Assembly: GCF_004366635.1 (NCBI RefSeq)
Contig: NZ_SORN01000010.1
Location: 94,867-126,866 of the forward strand
Reading direction: 5' to 3'
From: Roseinatronobacter bogoriensis DSM 18756
GTDB taxonomy: Bacteria > Pseudomonadota > Alphaproteobacteria > Rhodobacterales > Rhodobacteraceae
DNA: 32,000 nucleotides
Shown here: one piece after another, positions 1 through 8,581 of the stretch
Layout: each line of letters begins with the position of its first letter
Position numbering within the stretch: position 1 is the first letter of the stretch
The notes under the pieces: generated by a model
Databases searched by the model: none
Told to the model about the DNA's origin: nothing
What the model saw: the letters and a program-made list of their open reading frames with translations, nothing else
Made by a program: the position numbers and the translations under genes

Positions 1-1313
1 GCGGCTTCCAGCGCGGCTTCGACAAGGTGATTGCGCGGAATATACAGCGGATTGCGCGTCTCCAGCAGGTCCGCCATTGCTTGCGGATCGTCCAGTGCGG
101 CCCTGTAGCGCGCAAGCCATCCCTCCAGCCCGTCGGCAGACCGGAACAATGCGGCGAGCGGGTCGGGGTTTCCGCGCAGCGCATCAGGAAGCGCCCGGAA
201 AAAGCTTGTGAAGTCAACCTCTTGCCTCTGCCACAGGGCATGCAGGTCTTCGATCAACGCTGCATCGGGCTGGTTCAGTCCCAGCTTATGGGCAAAGACA
301 TTCAACCAATCCTGCCGATAGTCGGCTTGTGCCTGCTCGATAACCTCGGTGGCGCGCGCGATGGCGCGTTCTTCACGCGGGTCGATCAGCGGCAGCAACG
401 CTTCTGCCAGTCGCGCAAGGTTCCACACCATGATTGCGGGTTGATTGCTATAGGCATAACGCCCCATCTGGTCGATCGAACTGAACACAGTGGCGGGGTC
501 ATACCTGTCCATGAAGGCGCAGGGGCCATAATCTATGGTTTCGCCCGAAATGGTCGTGTTATCCGTATTCATGACACCATGAATAAAGCCAAGCCCCATC
601 CATTGCGCGACCAGACGTGCCTGACGTTTGCACACACGCTCCAGAAATTTCAGGGCGGCATCCTCGACCCCGGTAAGGTCTGGCTCGTGCCGGGCTATCG
701 CATATTCCAGCAACAGCGAGAGTTTCTCAATCTCGCCGCGTGCCGCGAAGAACTGAAAGGTCCCCACCCGTATATGGCTGGAGGCAACGCGCGCAAGGAC
801 CGCGCCCGGCTCCATCCCGAACTGGCGCAACACCCGATCACCCGTTGTGCAGGCTGCAAGGCTGCGTGTCGTCGGGACACCAAGTGCGGCCATTGCCTCG
901 GACACAAGGTATTCGCGCAGAACCGGGCCAAGCACCGCGCGCCCGTCGCCCCCGCGCGCAAAGGGCGTGCGGCCAGACCCTTTCAGATGAATATCCCAGC
1001 GTGCGCCTTGCGGGTCGAGCACCTCGCCCAGCAGGATTGCGCGCCCGTCACCAAGCTGTGGGGTAAACCCGCCGAACTGATGGCCTGCATAAGCCTGCGC
1101 CAGCGGGTGCGCAGAATCGGGAAGGGCATGGCCTGACAACATACCCACACCCTCAGCGCTGCGCAGTGTCGCGGGATCAAGCCCAAGCGCCTGCGCAAGC
1201 GTATCATTCAGCACTATCACTTGCGGATCAGGCCATTGCGTCCCCTGCCACGACACATAGAGCCCAGTCAATTCCTGAGCATAGCTGTTTTCAAAACTGA
1301 TCGAGAGGGACAT
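1..1313 (-). CDS. selO: Protein adenylyltransferase SelO/YdiU (3-prime end lies outside the window)
   Basis: This gene is absent from the ORF track because its stop lies left of position 1. My minus-strand translation from the ATG (1313..1311) reads MSLSISFENSYAQELTGLYVSWQ...AGHQFGGFTPQLGDGRAILLGEV...IHLKGSGRTPFARGGDGRAVLGPVLREYLVSEAM...GFIHGVMNTDNTTISGETIDYGPCAFMD...LYIPRNHLVEAALEAA. These are typical SelO motifs, and the frame stays open to position 1. Confidence 0.85.
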   Translation of the reverse strand, partial: MSLSISFENSYAQELTGLYVSWQGTQWPDPQVIVLNDTLAQALGLDPATLRSAEGVGMLSGHALPDSAHPLAQAYAGHQFGGFTPQLGDGRAILLGEVLDPQGARWDIHLKGSGRTPFARGGDGRAVLGPVLREYLVSEAMAALGVPTTRSLAACTTGDRVLRQFGMEPGAVLARVASSHIRVGTFQFFAARGEIEKLSLLLEYAIARHEPDLTGVEDAALKFLERVCKRQARLVAQWMGLGFIHGVMNTDNTTISGETIDYGPCAFMDRYDPATVFSSIDQMGRYAYSNQPAIMVWNLARLAEALLPLIDPREERAIARATEVIEQAQADYRQDWLNVFAHKLGLNQPDAALIEDLHALWQRQEVDFTSFFRALPDALRGNPDPLAALFRSADGLEGWLARYRAALDDPQAMADLLETRNPLYIPRNHLVEAALEA

Positions 1314-1372
1314 TTTGCACTCCGGCACTTCCCAGCGTGGGAGTGATAACATGATTTGCGCGGCTTGCCAGC

Positions 1373-1816
1373 CTATCCGTCAACCTGAGGCAGAAGGTCG
1401 CCATAGCCTTCAGCCTCCATCTCTTCCAACGGAATAAACCGCAATGCTGCGGAATTGATGCAATAGCGCAATCCTCCCCTGTCAGCAGGCCCATCCGGGA
1501 ACACATGGCCCAGATGGCTGTCCCCATACGCAGAGCGGACCTCTGTGCGCGTCATGCCAAGGCTGTGATCGGGCAATTCCACGACATGGTTCGTGACCAG
1601 CGGTTTGGTAAAGCTGGGCCAGCCACAACCGGATTCGTATTTGTCGGACGAGGCAAAAAGCGGCTCGCCCGATACGATATCGACGTAGATACCGGCGCGT
1701 TTGTTGGTATTGTACTCTCCCGACCAGGGGCGTTCCGTGCCATTTTCCTGCGTGACGTAATGCTGTTCCGGGGTCAGTGATTCGATAATCTCGGGGCGGC
1801 GTTCGTAGCGCGACAT
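1373..1816 (-). CDS. msrB: Peptide-methionine (R)-S-oxide reductase MsrB
   Basis: This is the internal ATG (cat at 1814-1816) of ORF 1373..2035. The product reads [36 protein letters not shown]...[10 protein letters not shown]...[21 protein letters not shown]...RYCINSAAL, which are canonical MsrB/SelR motifs. Confidence 0.9.
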   Translation of the reverse strand: MSRYERRPEIIESLTPEQHYVTQENGTERPWSGEYNTNKRAGIYVDIVSGEPLFASSDKYESGCGWPSFTKPLVTNHVVELPDHSLGMTRTEVRSAYGDSHLGHVFPDGPADRGGLRYCINSAALRFIPLEEMEAEGYGDLLPQVDG

Positions 1817-1960
1817 GGGGGCCTCGTGGTGTTGGGTGCTGATTTGGGATGTAGCCAGCGTAAAGGTGAAGGCAACCCCGATGGCTTCGCTCTGGATTTC
1901 CGGGCGGGGCTGGTGCATAAGGGCCAAAACTCGCCGCACCCGTACAACAAGAGGATGCCC

Positions 1961-2335
1961 ATGAAATTTCTGCTGCGCCTGCTGACATGGTGGAACTTTT
2001 CCACTTTGAACACAGCTTTCTTCACCTGGCGTCATGGCATCAAGGTGGGAGAGGATACTCAGGGCAATATCTTCTACCGCTCAAAGGACGGTGCGAAACG
2101 TTGGGTCATCTACAATGGCGAATCCGAGGCAAGCCGGGTTTCACCGGACTGGCATGGCTGGCTTCACCATACATGGGACGAACCGCCAACCGACCGCCCG
2201 TTGACCCATAAGGCATGGGAGAAGCCGCATCAGGAAAACCTGACCGGCTCTGCGATGGCTTATGCGCCGCAAGGTTCGATCCGGCGTGCAGAACCTGCAC
2301 CGCGCAAGGATTACGAGGCCTGGACGCCAGAATGA
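1961..2335 (+). CDS. NDUFA12-like (NADH:ubiquinone oxidoreductase subunit B17.2-like) protein
   Basis: It lies within ORF 1826..2335. The product reads [75 protein letters not shown] at 1951-1955 sits 5 nt before the ATG at 1961. The in-frame ATG at 1955 is an alternative start. Confidence 0.8.
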   Translation: MKFLLRLLTWWNFSTLNTAFFTWRHGIKVGEDTQGNIFYRSKDGAKRWVIYNGESEASRVSPDWHGWLHHTWDEPPTDRPLTHKAWEKPHQENLTGSAMAYAPQGSIRRAEPAPRKDYEAWTPE

Positions 2336-2417
2336 ATTTTGGGCAGGCAATAGGGCTGCTGTTGCGGTTGATCCGCATGGTGCAGCGCAACCAGCGACGC
2401 GGCAGGCGCAGATAGCC

Positions 2418-2807
2418 ATGCGCGCGGTCCTTTTGGCATTTGGGTTGGGTCTTGGTCTTGGGGGTGGCGTTGTCGCGCAAGACCTTGAACCGCCAACCCC
2501 CTCGGACAGAATTGCCACCGGCGATGGTGCCGTTTTACGCGGGCTGGACAGGGTGGCTGGGACCAGCCTAGATATCACGCTGGACGCTGGCGGCAGTGCA
2601 AGCATCGGCCATCTTGTGGTCATGCTGGAAGAATGCCGCTACCCCGTCGAAAACCCGGCGGGAGAGGCCTATGCCTGGATTGATGTCTTTGACAGCCGTG
2701 CGGATGACATCATTTTCTCTGGCTGGATGATTGCATCCAGCCCTGCCCTGAATGCGCTTGACCACCGGCGTTATGATATCTGGGTGTTAAGCTGCACCAC
2801 TTCGTGA
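2418..2807 (+). CDS. DUF2155-like secreted protein
   Basis: This is the internal ATG 2418 of ORF 2262..2807. It has an N-terminal signal-like segment MRAVLLAFGLGLGLGGGVVAQ, followed by ...AVLRGLDRVAGTSLDITLDAGGSASIGHLVVMLEECRYPVENPAGEAYAWIDVFD. The neighbourhood next to the NDUFA12-like gene and aat is typical of alphaproteobacteria. Confidence 0.7.
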   Translation: MRAVLLAFGLGLGLGGGVVAQDLEPPTPSDRIATGDGAVLRGLDRVAGTSLDITLDAGGSASIGHLVVMLEECRYPVENPAGEAYAWIDVFDSRADDIIFSGWMIASSPALNALDHRRYDIWVLSCTTS

Positions 2808-3409
2808 CTATCCGGCAGTGGAAAGCGGTGGAAATCGGCATCTGCGCGCAAAGCATGTGCCAGCCGGGCGCGATAGGCCACACGCGAAATCTCGACCCCG
2901 CCCAGACTGGCCAGATGTTCTGTCAGATATTGCGTATCGAAAAGCGTGAAACCACAGTGGCGAAGATGCGCGACCAGATAGGCCAGCGCGATTTTTGACG
3001 CATCCTTGCGGCGTGAAAACATGCTCTCTCCGCAAAATGCCCCGGCCAGAGCCAGCCCGTAAACACCGCCAACCAGTTCCGGGCCATCCCAAACCTCGAT
3101 AGAATGGGCATGACCTTGTTGGTGCAGGGCTGTGAAAAGCTGCGCAATTTCGGCATTGATCCATGTCGTCTCGCGGTCGGCACAGCCGCGCAGGACATCT
3201 TCAAACGCCTGATCCAGCGTTAACCTGAAAGGCACGGCCCGGATTTTGCGGCGCAGACTGCGCGACAATCGAAACCCGTCCAGCGGCAGAACCCCACGCG
3301 CGACCGGGTCGAACCAATGCAGCCGCGGATCATCGCGGCTTTCGGCCATTGGGAACACCCCCATCCGATAGGCTTGCAACAGCATCTCAGGGGTCAGCTC
3401 CAAACGCAT
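2771..3409 (-). CDS. aat: Leucyl/phenylalanyl-tRNA--protein transferase
   Basis: This is the internal ATG (cat 3407-3409) of ORF 2771..3634. The product reads MRLELTPEMLLQAYRMGVFPMAESRDDPRLHWFDPVARGVLPLDGF..SRSLRRKIR...SIEVWDGPELVGGVYGLALAGAFCGESMFSR..DASKIALAYLV..L....FTLFDTQYLTEHLASLG. Confidence 0.9.
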   Translation of the reverse strand: MRLELTPEMLLQAYRMGVFPMAESRDDPRLHWFDPVARGVLPLDGFRLSRSLRRKIRAVPFRLTLDQAFEDVLRGCADRETTWINAEIAQLFTALHQQGHAHSIEVWDGPELVGGVYGLALAGAFCGESMFSRRKDASKIALAYLVAHLRHCGFTLFDTQYLTEHLASLGGVEISRVAYRARLAHALRADADFHRFPLPDSHEVVQLNTQIS

Positions 3410-3426
3410 GGCGCGCGCTCCGGGAA

Positions 3427-3915
3427 TCACAATTCGTCGGCTTTGACCTCTCGGGCCATATGATCCAACACCGCGTTTACAAAATTGGTTTCCCGCCCTT
3501 CGGCTGAAAAGGCTTTGGCAAGATCGACATATTGCGAAATGACAACGCGCGGCGGGGTCTGCTCGCCCAACAATTCGGCCCCTGCGGCACGGAACAGGGC
3601 GCGCAGCGTCGGGTCGATCCGACTGATCGGCCATTTTGCCACCAAGGCACGGTCAGTCATCTGGTCAATCGCCGCCTGACGGTCCACGGCCACCTCAATC
3701 AGGCGGCGGAACAGGGGCAGATCAGCTTCGGCCCAAGTCTCGGTTTCCGTTTCGGCCCCGATCCGATGCGCTTCAAACTGGCGCGTAATCTCGCCAATCG
3801 CCACATCAGATGCTTCCATCTGAAACAGGGCCTGAACCACATAGAAACGCGCGGCCGCCTTGCGGGCGCGCCGTTCTTCCTGCGTCAGGCGACGCTTTGG
3901 GCTGGTGTCGCTCAT
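3427..3915 (-). CDS. nusB: Transcription antitermination factor NusB
   Basis: The product reads ...RRARKAAARFYVVQALFQMEASDVAIGEITRQFEAHRIG...DRALVAKWPISRIDPTLRALFRAAGAELL. Its start overlaps the ribH stop as ATGA (3912-3915). The ribH-nusB order is classical. Confidence 0.9.
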   Translation of the reverse strand: MSDTSPKRRLTQEERRARKAAARFYVVQALFQMEASDVAIGEITRQFEAHRIGAETETETWAEADLPLFRRLIEVAVDRQAAIDQMTDRALVAKWPISRIDPTLRALFRAAGAELLGEQTPPRVVISQYVDLAKAFSAEGRETNFVNAVLDHMAREVKADEL

Positions 3916-4460
3916 GCCACCGGCCCCTTGGTATCGCCTGCGATCTGGAATTCCTCACGCTCTGGCAAAAACCCGACAGAGCGCCGGGCGCTGCCCCAGC
4001 GCCGCCCCAGTGCGATCAGATGCAAGGCAGCCGCCGCCGCCCCGCCGCCCTTGTTCTGACCTGCAACTTCGGCCCGCACTTCGGCCTGCGTGCGGTTTTC
4101 CACTGTCAGAATACCATTTCCAATGCACGCGCCCTGCAAGCCCAGAAGCGTGATCGCGCGCGAGCTGTCGTTGCAGACCGTGTCGTAATGCGTTGTCTCA
4201 CCTCGTATCACGCAGCCAAGGGCCACGAAGCCGTCAAAATTCGACATACGGTGCGCCTGCCCGATTGCTGTGGGCACTTCCAGCGCGCCGGGCACCTCGA
4301 TCACTTCAAAACTGCCGCCGACCTTTTCAATCTCGGCGCTGGCCCCGGCAACGAGTTGGTCAGCGATATCCTTGTAATAAGGGGCTACGACGATCAGCAG
4401 CTTGGGCGCCTTGTCGAATTCAGGCAGGGGCAGCGTGTAATGTGTTTCATGTCCGGCCAT
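3912..4460 (-). CDS. ribH: 6,7-dimethyl-8-ribityllumazine synthase
   Basis: This is the internal ATG (cat 4458-4460) of ORF 3912..4532. The product reads MAGHETHYTLPLPEFDKAPKLLIVVAPYYKDIADQLVAGASAEIEKVGGSFEVIEVPGALEVP...GFVALGCVIRGETTHYDTVCNDSSRAI...GNGILTVEN..QA..RA. Confidence 0.9.
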   Translation of the reverse strand: MAGHETHYTLPLPEFDKAPKLLIVVAPYYKDIADQLVAGASAEIEKVGGSFEVIEVPGALEVPTAIGQAHRMSNFDGFVALGCVIRGETTHYDTVCNDSSRAITLLGLQGACIGNGILTVENRTQAEVRAEVAGQNKGGGAAAAALHLIALGRRWGSARRSVGFLPEREEFQIAGDTKGPVA

Positions 4461-4461
4461 G

Positions 4462-5592
4462 TCAGGCGCCTTTCGCAGATGGAATTTTGCGCGTGCCGGT
4501 AATGGACAAACCATAGCCATCCAGCCCCACAACTTTCGGCGTGGCCGAATTGGTCAGCAGAATCAGGTCATGCAGACCCAATGACGACAAGATCTGCGCG
4601 CCCAGCCCGTATTGGCGCAACACTTGCGGGGTGCTGCCCTCTGCCGGGGCCATCTTCATTTCTGTGTCGCGCAGCAGCACCACGACCCCGCGCCCCTCTT
4701 CACCGATCAGGCGCATGGCATCGCTGAATTCAGCCGCACGCGCACCGCCACCAGTGCCGACCATATCCAGCAGCGGGTCAAAGGCATGCATACGCACCAA
4801 AACAGGCTCTGGCGTGGAAATATCGCCCTTGATCAACACGACATGTTCAGCACCTTGGGTCGTGTCGGAATAGACCCGCATCATCCAGTCACCGCCAAAT
4901 GCCGAATTGATCTTTTGTTCACTTATCACGCGCACAAGGTTGTCGTGCCGCCGCCGATAGGCGATCAGATCCGAGATTGTGCCAATCTTCAGCCCGTGTT
5001 TCTGCGCGAACGCCACCAGATCCGGCAGGCGCGCCATGGTTCCGTCTTCCTTCATGATCTCGCAGATCACACCCGAGGGGTTCAGACCAGCAAGTCGCGA
5101 AATATCGACCGCCGCTTCGGTATGGCCTGCGCGCACCAGCACACCGCCATCGCGGGCGCGCAAAGGGAACACGTGGCCCGGCGTAGCAATATCGGCAGCC
5201 CCTTTGCCCGCATCAATCGCTACGGCAACCGTGCGCGCGCGGTCATGCGCAGAAATGCCGGTTGATACACCCTCGCGCGCTTCAATCGAGACTGTGAACG
5301 CGGTTTCGTGGCGCGAGGAATTGCTTGATGCCATCAAGGGCAGGCCAAGCTGGTCGATCCGCTCGCCCGGCAAGGTCAGACAGATCAGCCCCTTGCCATG
5401 TGTCGCCATGAAATTGATCGCTTCGGGTGTCGCCATCTGCGCCGGAATGACAAGATCGCCTTCATTCTCGCGGTCTTCATGATCCACCAGAATGAAGATG
5501 CGGCCATTACGGGCCTCTTCGATGATCTCCTCAGTCGAGGAAATCGCATCCTTCCAGCTTTGCTCGACATCACCGGGCTGTTCGTAATTCAT
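4462..5592 (-). CDS. ribBA: Bifunctional 3,4-dihydroxy-2-butanone-4-phosphate synthase / GTP cyclohydrolase II-like protein
   Basis: This is the internal ATG (cat 5590-5592) of ORF 4462..5670. The product reads ...ARNGRIFILVDHEDRENEGDLVIPAQMATPEAINFMATHGKGLICLTL...SRHETAFTVSIEAREGVSTGISAHDRARTV...PGHVFPLRARDGGVLVRAGHTEAAVDISRLAG. A C-terminal RibA-like half follows. Confidence 0.9.
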   Translation of the reverse strand: MNYEQPGDVEQSWKDAISSTEEIIEEARNGRIFILVDHEDRENEGDLVIPAQMATPEAINFMATHGKGLICLTLPGERIDQLGLPLMASSNSSRHETAFTVSIEAREGVSTGISAHDRARTVAVAIDAGKGAADIATPGHVFPLRARDGGVLVRAGHTEAAVDISRLAGLNPSGVICEIMKEDGTMARLPDLVAFAQKHGLKIGTISDLIAYRRRHDNLVRVISEQKINSAFGGDWMMRVYSDTTQGAEHVVLIKGDISTPEPVLVRMHAFDPLLDMVGTGGGARAAEFSDAMRLIGEEGRGVVVLLRDTEMKMAPAEGSTPQVLRQYGLGAQILSSLGLHDLILLTNSATPKVVGLDGYGLSITGTRKIPSAKGA

Positions 5593-5755
5593 GGCAGACT
5601 GATCCTTTGCTCTGGGGTGGCAGATAGCCCAAAGGAAGGCGCGGGAAAAGGGGGCAAACGGGCACATCACATGTGCAACGCACGGTCAGTTAGCCGGGAA
5701 TTGAGGCAAATCCGGCAAATTCCGGCTAATCCGACACTGCCAAAGGTGCCACATC

Positions 5756-6355
5756 ATGAAGTCTGTCCGCCAGCTTGCCACGCAGATTGTCGCCCGTGAG
5801 GGCGGCTTCGTCAATGACCCCGATGATCCGGGTGGGGCTACGAATTTCGGCGTGACCATCCACACCCTGCGCCGATTGCGCCCCAACCAGCGTGTCACCG
5901 TGCAGGATGTGCGCGACCTGACGCGCGCGCAGGCGATTGAAATCTACATCGAGCATTACTTCACGCGTCCACGCATCGCCGAATTGCCAGAGCCGCTATG
6001 GCCCAGCGTTTTCGACATGTATGTAAATGCAGGGGCCAATGCCGTGCGCATTCTGCAACGCCTGCTTGTTCAGATGGGGATACATGTCGCCGTTGATGGC
6101 ATTATCGGTCCGCAAACCATTGCCGCCACCCATCGCGCTTATGACATGGCACCCGCACATCTGGTCGATGCGTACGGGATAGCGCGGCGCGATTATTATT
6201 ACGCTATTGCCGACCGTCGCCCCGCCAGCCGCAAATTCGCGCGCAGGCGTGATGGAGGCAAGGGCGGTTGGATCACACGGGCGGAGGAATTCATCAATCC
6301 CCGCTTTCACCTTAGCGCGGAACAGCACCGCGCACGCACGCGGGGCTGGGCATGA
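5756..6355 (+). CDS. GH108-family peptidoglycan hydrolase (endolysin-like) with a C-terminal PG-binding region
   Basis: The N-terminus ...VAREGGFVNDPDDPGGATNFGVT... matches the EGG(Y/F)..DP.D.GG.T..G(I/V)T signature of glycoside hydrolase family 108. An AAGGTG sits 7 nt upstream of the ATG. The stop overlaps the next gene as ATGA (6352-6355). Confidence 0.8.
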   Translation: MKSVRQLATQIVAREGGFVNDPDDPGGATNFGVTIHTLRRLRPNQRVTVQDVRDLTRAQAIEIYIEHYFTRPRIAELPEPLWPSVFDMYVNAGANAVRILQRLLVQMGIHVAVDGIIGPQTIAATHRAYDMAPAHLVDAYGIARRDYYYAIADRRPASRKFARRRDGGKGGWITRAEEFINPRFHLSAEQHRARTRGWA

Positions 6356-6858
6356 TCCGGTCGCTTTTCGGATGGGTCTTTGGCGGCGCGCGAGAAGCGC
6401 GCGCACTGGGCCAGACGGTCACGTCTGTCGCCGAGGTGTTTCGTCCAAATGCCACGCGCGCACTGGAACTGGGCCATGACGCCTACAAGGCCGCCCATGC
6501 CAGCCATGCTGCCGAATTCCAGTATGGGCGCGGCGGGTGGTTTGATTCGGCGGTCAACGGGCTGAACCGCCTGCCCCGCCCCTTGCTGGCGCTTGGCACA
6601 TTGGGATTGTTCGTCTTTGCGATGGCGGACCCGGACGGCTTTGCCATCCGCATGCACGCACTCGCCGCTGTGCCAGAGCCGCTGTGGTGGTTGCTTGGGG
6701 CTGTTGTGGCATTTTACTTCGGCGCACGAGAGGCGCACCATCTGCGCGTCACGAAAGTACCTGCACCGCCGCCAACAGAAAGGCGCGCGCGCTCAGAGGT
6801 GCCGTCAGATACGGGAGCAAACCCCGCATTGGCCGAATGGGCGGGGCTGAAAGGGTAA
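6352..6858 (+). CDS. 3-TM holin of the type linked to gene transfer agent release (GTA_holin_3TM-like)
   Basis: It is translationally coupled to the GH108 gene. The product reads ...FRPNATRALELGHDAYKAAHASHAAEFQYGRGGWFDSAVNGLNRLPRPLLALGTLGLFVFAMADPDGFA...VPEPLWWLLGAVVAFYFGARE. It has hydrophobic segments and resembles the family as I remember it. Confidence 0.7.
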   Translation: MIRSLFGWVFGGAREARALGQTVTSVAEVFRPNATRALELGHDAYKAAHASHAAEFQYGRGGWFDSAVNGLNRLPRPLLALGTLGLFVFAMADPDGFAIRMHALAAVPEPLWWLLGAVVAFYFGAREAHHLRVTKVPAPPPTERRARSEVPSDTGANPALAEWAGLKG

Positions 6859-6884
6859 GCGCTGCGCCACAGATGTGGCGCGGC

Positions 6885-7214
6885 TCACGACCCTTGGCGC
6901 AGAAAATCCTCTTCCTCGCCGGTCACATCGATGCCCAACGCTTCCAGGCCGCTTTCAAGGTTTTCCGCCAGATGCGGCATACCCAGCAGGTAATCGGCTG
7001 TCGGGGTCGTTGCTTCTGATACAGCGGTCGCAACCGCTTCGTCATATTCTTCGGCCTCAAACGCACCGCGACCGACCCAGGCAACGGCCGTCAGGCTGGC
7101 TTGTTCGTCATCATTCAGGCCTTCAATGAAGGCATGTGCCTCAGGGTCACCCACTGTACCCTCGCGGGCAAGGTAAATGATATGAACAATTTTGCGCGGG
7201 CTGATAGCAAGCAT
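6885..7214 (-). CDS. DUF3775-like protein
   Basis: This is the internal ATG (cat 7212-7214) of ORF 6885..7373. The product reads MLAISPRKIVHIIYLAREGTVGDPEAHAFIEGLNDDEQASLTAVAWVGRGAFEAEEYDEAV. Confidence 0.65.
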   Translation of the reverse strand: MLAISPRKIVHIIYLAREGTVGDPEAHAFIEGLNDDEQASLTAVAWVGRGAFEAEEYDEAVATAVSEATTPTADYLLGMPHLAENLESGLEALGIDVTGEEEDFLRQGS

Positions 7215-7284
7215 GGTTGCCTCCTGTATCCTTGGATGCAACTGTCGCTGAAACCGCACGGTGTTGCAAGGGTGAACCCGCCGA

Positions 7285-8022
7285 TTAGCGCCCTCCGAAG
7301 ACCCGGAAATACAACCCGTCCGGCAAGAAATTGGCCCCGCGAAACACCAGTGAGAACAAGCGTGGAAACGCACGCTGGAATTTTTCCGAACGCATAAGTT
7401 GCATCATCTCCTCTGCCGCCTGGTCGGGCTCCATCAGGAATGGCATGTTAAAATTATTCTTGTCAGTCAGGCGGGTACGGATGAAACCGGGATTGGCCAA
7501 TTGCACATCTACGCCAGTGCCGCGCAGGTCGGCATACATCGACTCTGCCAGATGCATAAGCCCGGCTTTGCTGGAACTATAGCCAATGGACCCCGGCAAA
7601 CCCCGGTAGCCAGAAAGTGAACCTGTTATCACGATATGCCCGGCCCCGCGCGCGACCATTGCCGGCACAACCTGCCCCAAGACCCGCGCAGCCCCGGTCA
7701 GGTTGACATCAAACATGGCCTCGGTCTGCTCTGGCTGCCATTCGGTCGCCGGGAAGGGCCAGTAGACCCCGGCAAGAAACACCATCCCGTCAACCTCGCC
7801 CGCGTCTTGTGCCGCGCGAACCACCGACTCGCGATCAGACACATCGCAGGGCACGATCCGGGCCTCTCCCGGCAAACTGTCGGCCAATGCCTGCAAACTG
7901 TCGGCGCTGCGCGCACTCAGGACCAGCGCGCAGCCCGCCTTTGACAGCTTTTTCGCCAGCGCCCGGCCCAAGCCCTCCGACGCACCAATGATCCAATACG
8001 TTTTCCCCGACAGCTTTCTCAT
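7285..8022 (-). CDS. Short-chain dehydrogenase/reductase (SDR)
   Basis: This is the internal ATG (cat 8020-8022) of ORF 7285..8190. It has the Rossmann motif YWIIGASEGLGRALA and the catalytic YSSSK. Its start overlaps the upstream gene stop as ATGA (8019-8022). Confidence 0.85.
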   Translation of the reverse strand: MRKLSGKTYWIIGASEGLGRALAKKLSKAGCALVLSARSADSLQALADSLPGEARIVPCDVSDRESVVRAAQDAGEVDGMVFLAGVYWPFPATEWQPEQTEAMFDVNLTGAARVLGQVVPAMVARGAGHIVITGSLSGYRGLPGSIGYSSSKAGLMHLAESMYADLRGTGVDVQLANPGFIRTRLTDKNNFNMPFLMEPDQAAEEMMQLMRSEKFQRAFPRLFSLVFRGANFLPDGLYFRVFGGR

Positions 8023-8579
8023 GCATCCACCTTGCGCATCGTTGCGACCAGTTCGGCCACCTTGATACCAAACTTGCGAAACTGGCTGCGGTTCACAATT
8101 GTCTTGTCGTCGATCAAATACATCCAGTCCGTGACCTGCAACGCATGCCCCCCCGCACTTTCCGGCAGTCGGATCGTGTAGCTGAGGCACAGCGCGCCCC
8201 CTTCCTGCTGCCCAGAACCCTTGCCGACCAGATCATCCGCTTCGGCGGTGACGCGCCCGCCATTGCCCAGCGTCAACCGCCATTCGCGGTCTTGCTTTGT
8301 GCCGCTGTCATAGCTGAAATGTTCTGCCAGAACGCCGCGATTGCCATCCCAGCGCCCCTCCATATCGGCGGTGAAACGGGATGTGACGCGCCCCATCGGC
8401 CCATAAATCACACCCTCGCAACGGATCGGCCCCGAGAGATGCTGCTGTATGTCCATGTGCGGGGTCAGCTTGGCATAATCTTCCGGCTTCTGTGCCTGAA
8501 ACCCGATTACCCTCTGCCCGATAGCGAAGAGCGCCAGGACCAGGACACTACCGGCAAGAAAGGTCAAAAACATACTCAT
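8019..8579 (-). CDS. DUF3833-like membrane-anchored protein
   Basis: It has an N-terminal TM segment MSMFLTFLAGSVLVLALFAIG. This is followed by ...GPIRCEGVIYGPMGRVTSRFTADMEGRWDGNRGVLAEHFSYDSG..QDREWRL. It sits in the same operon position as in ChrR-linked clusters. Confidence 0.7.
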   Translation of the reverse strand: MSMFLTFLAGSVLVLALFAIGQRVIGFQAQKPEDYAKLTPHMDIQQHLSGPIRCEGVIYGPMGRVTSRFTADMEGRWDGNRGVLAEHFSYDSGTKQDREWRLTLGNGGRVTAEADDLVGKGSGQQEGGALCLSYTIRLPESAGGHALQVTDWMYLIDDKTIVNRSQFRKFGIKVAELVATMRKVDA

Positions 8580-8581
8580 GG

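Noticed and set aside
27-1136. A 369-aa plus-strand ORF, the longest ORF the track lists in the first 1.3 kb.
   Set aside because: Its translation is low-complexity, Arg/Ala-rich and motif-free. The opposite strand encodes an unmistakable SelO protein over the same span, so this ORF is an antisense shadow typical of GC-rich DNA.
1373-2035. Long N-terminal extensions of the track ORFs for msrB, aat (2771..3634), ribH (3912..4532), ribBA (4462..5670), the SDR (7285..8190), the MFS (8582..9916) and the Cys-repeat protein (15846..16787).
   Set aside because: In each case homology-like sequence begins at an internal ATG. That ATG has a Shine-Dalgarno sequence and/or an ATGA overlap with the upstream gene. 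The extensions overlap neighbouring genes or intergenic DNA.
5593-5755. Possible FMN (RFN) riboswitch in the ribBA leader.
   Set aside because: I read the minus-strand leader and found none of the conserved RFN cores (AGGG.GAAATTCCC.ACCGGCGGT, GCCGAC.GT...GTC.GGATG). Only a simple palindrome is present.
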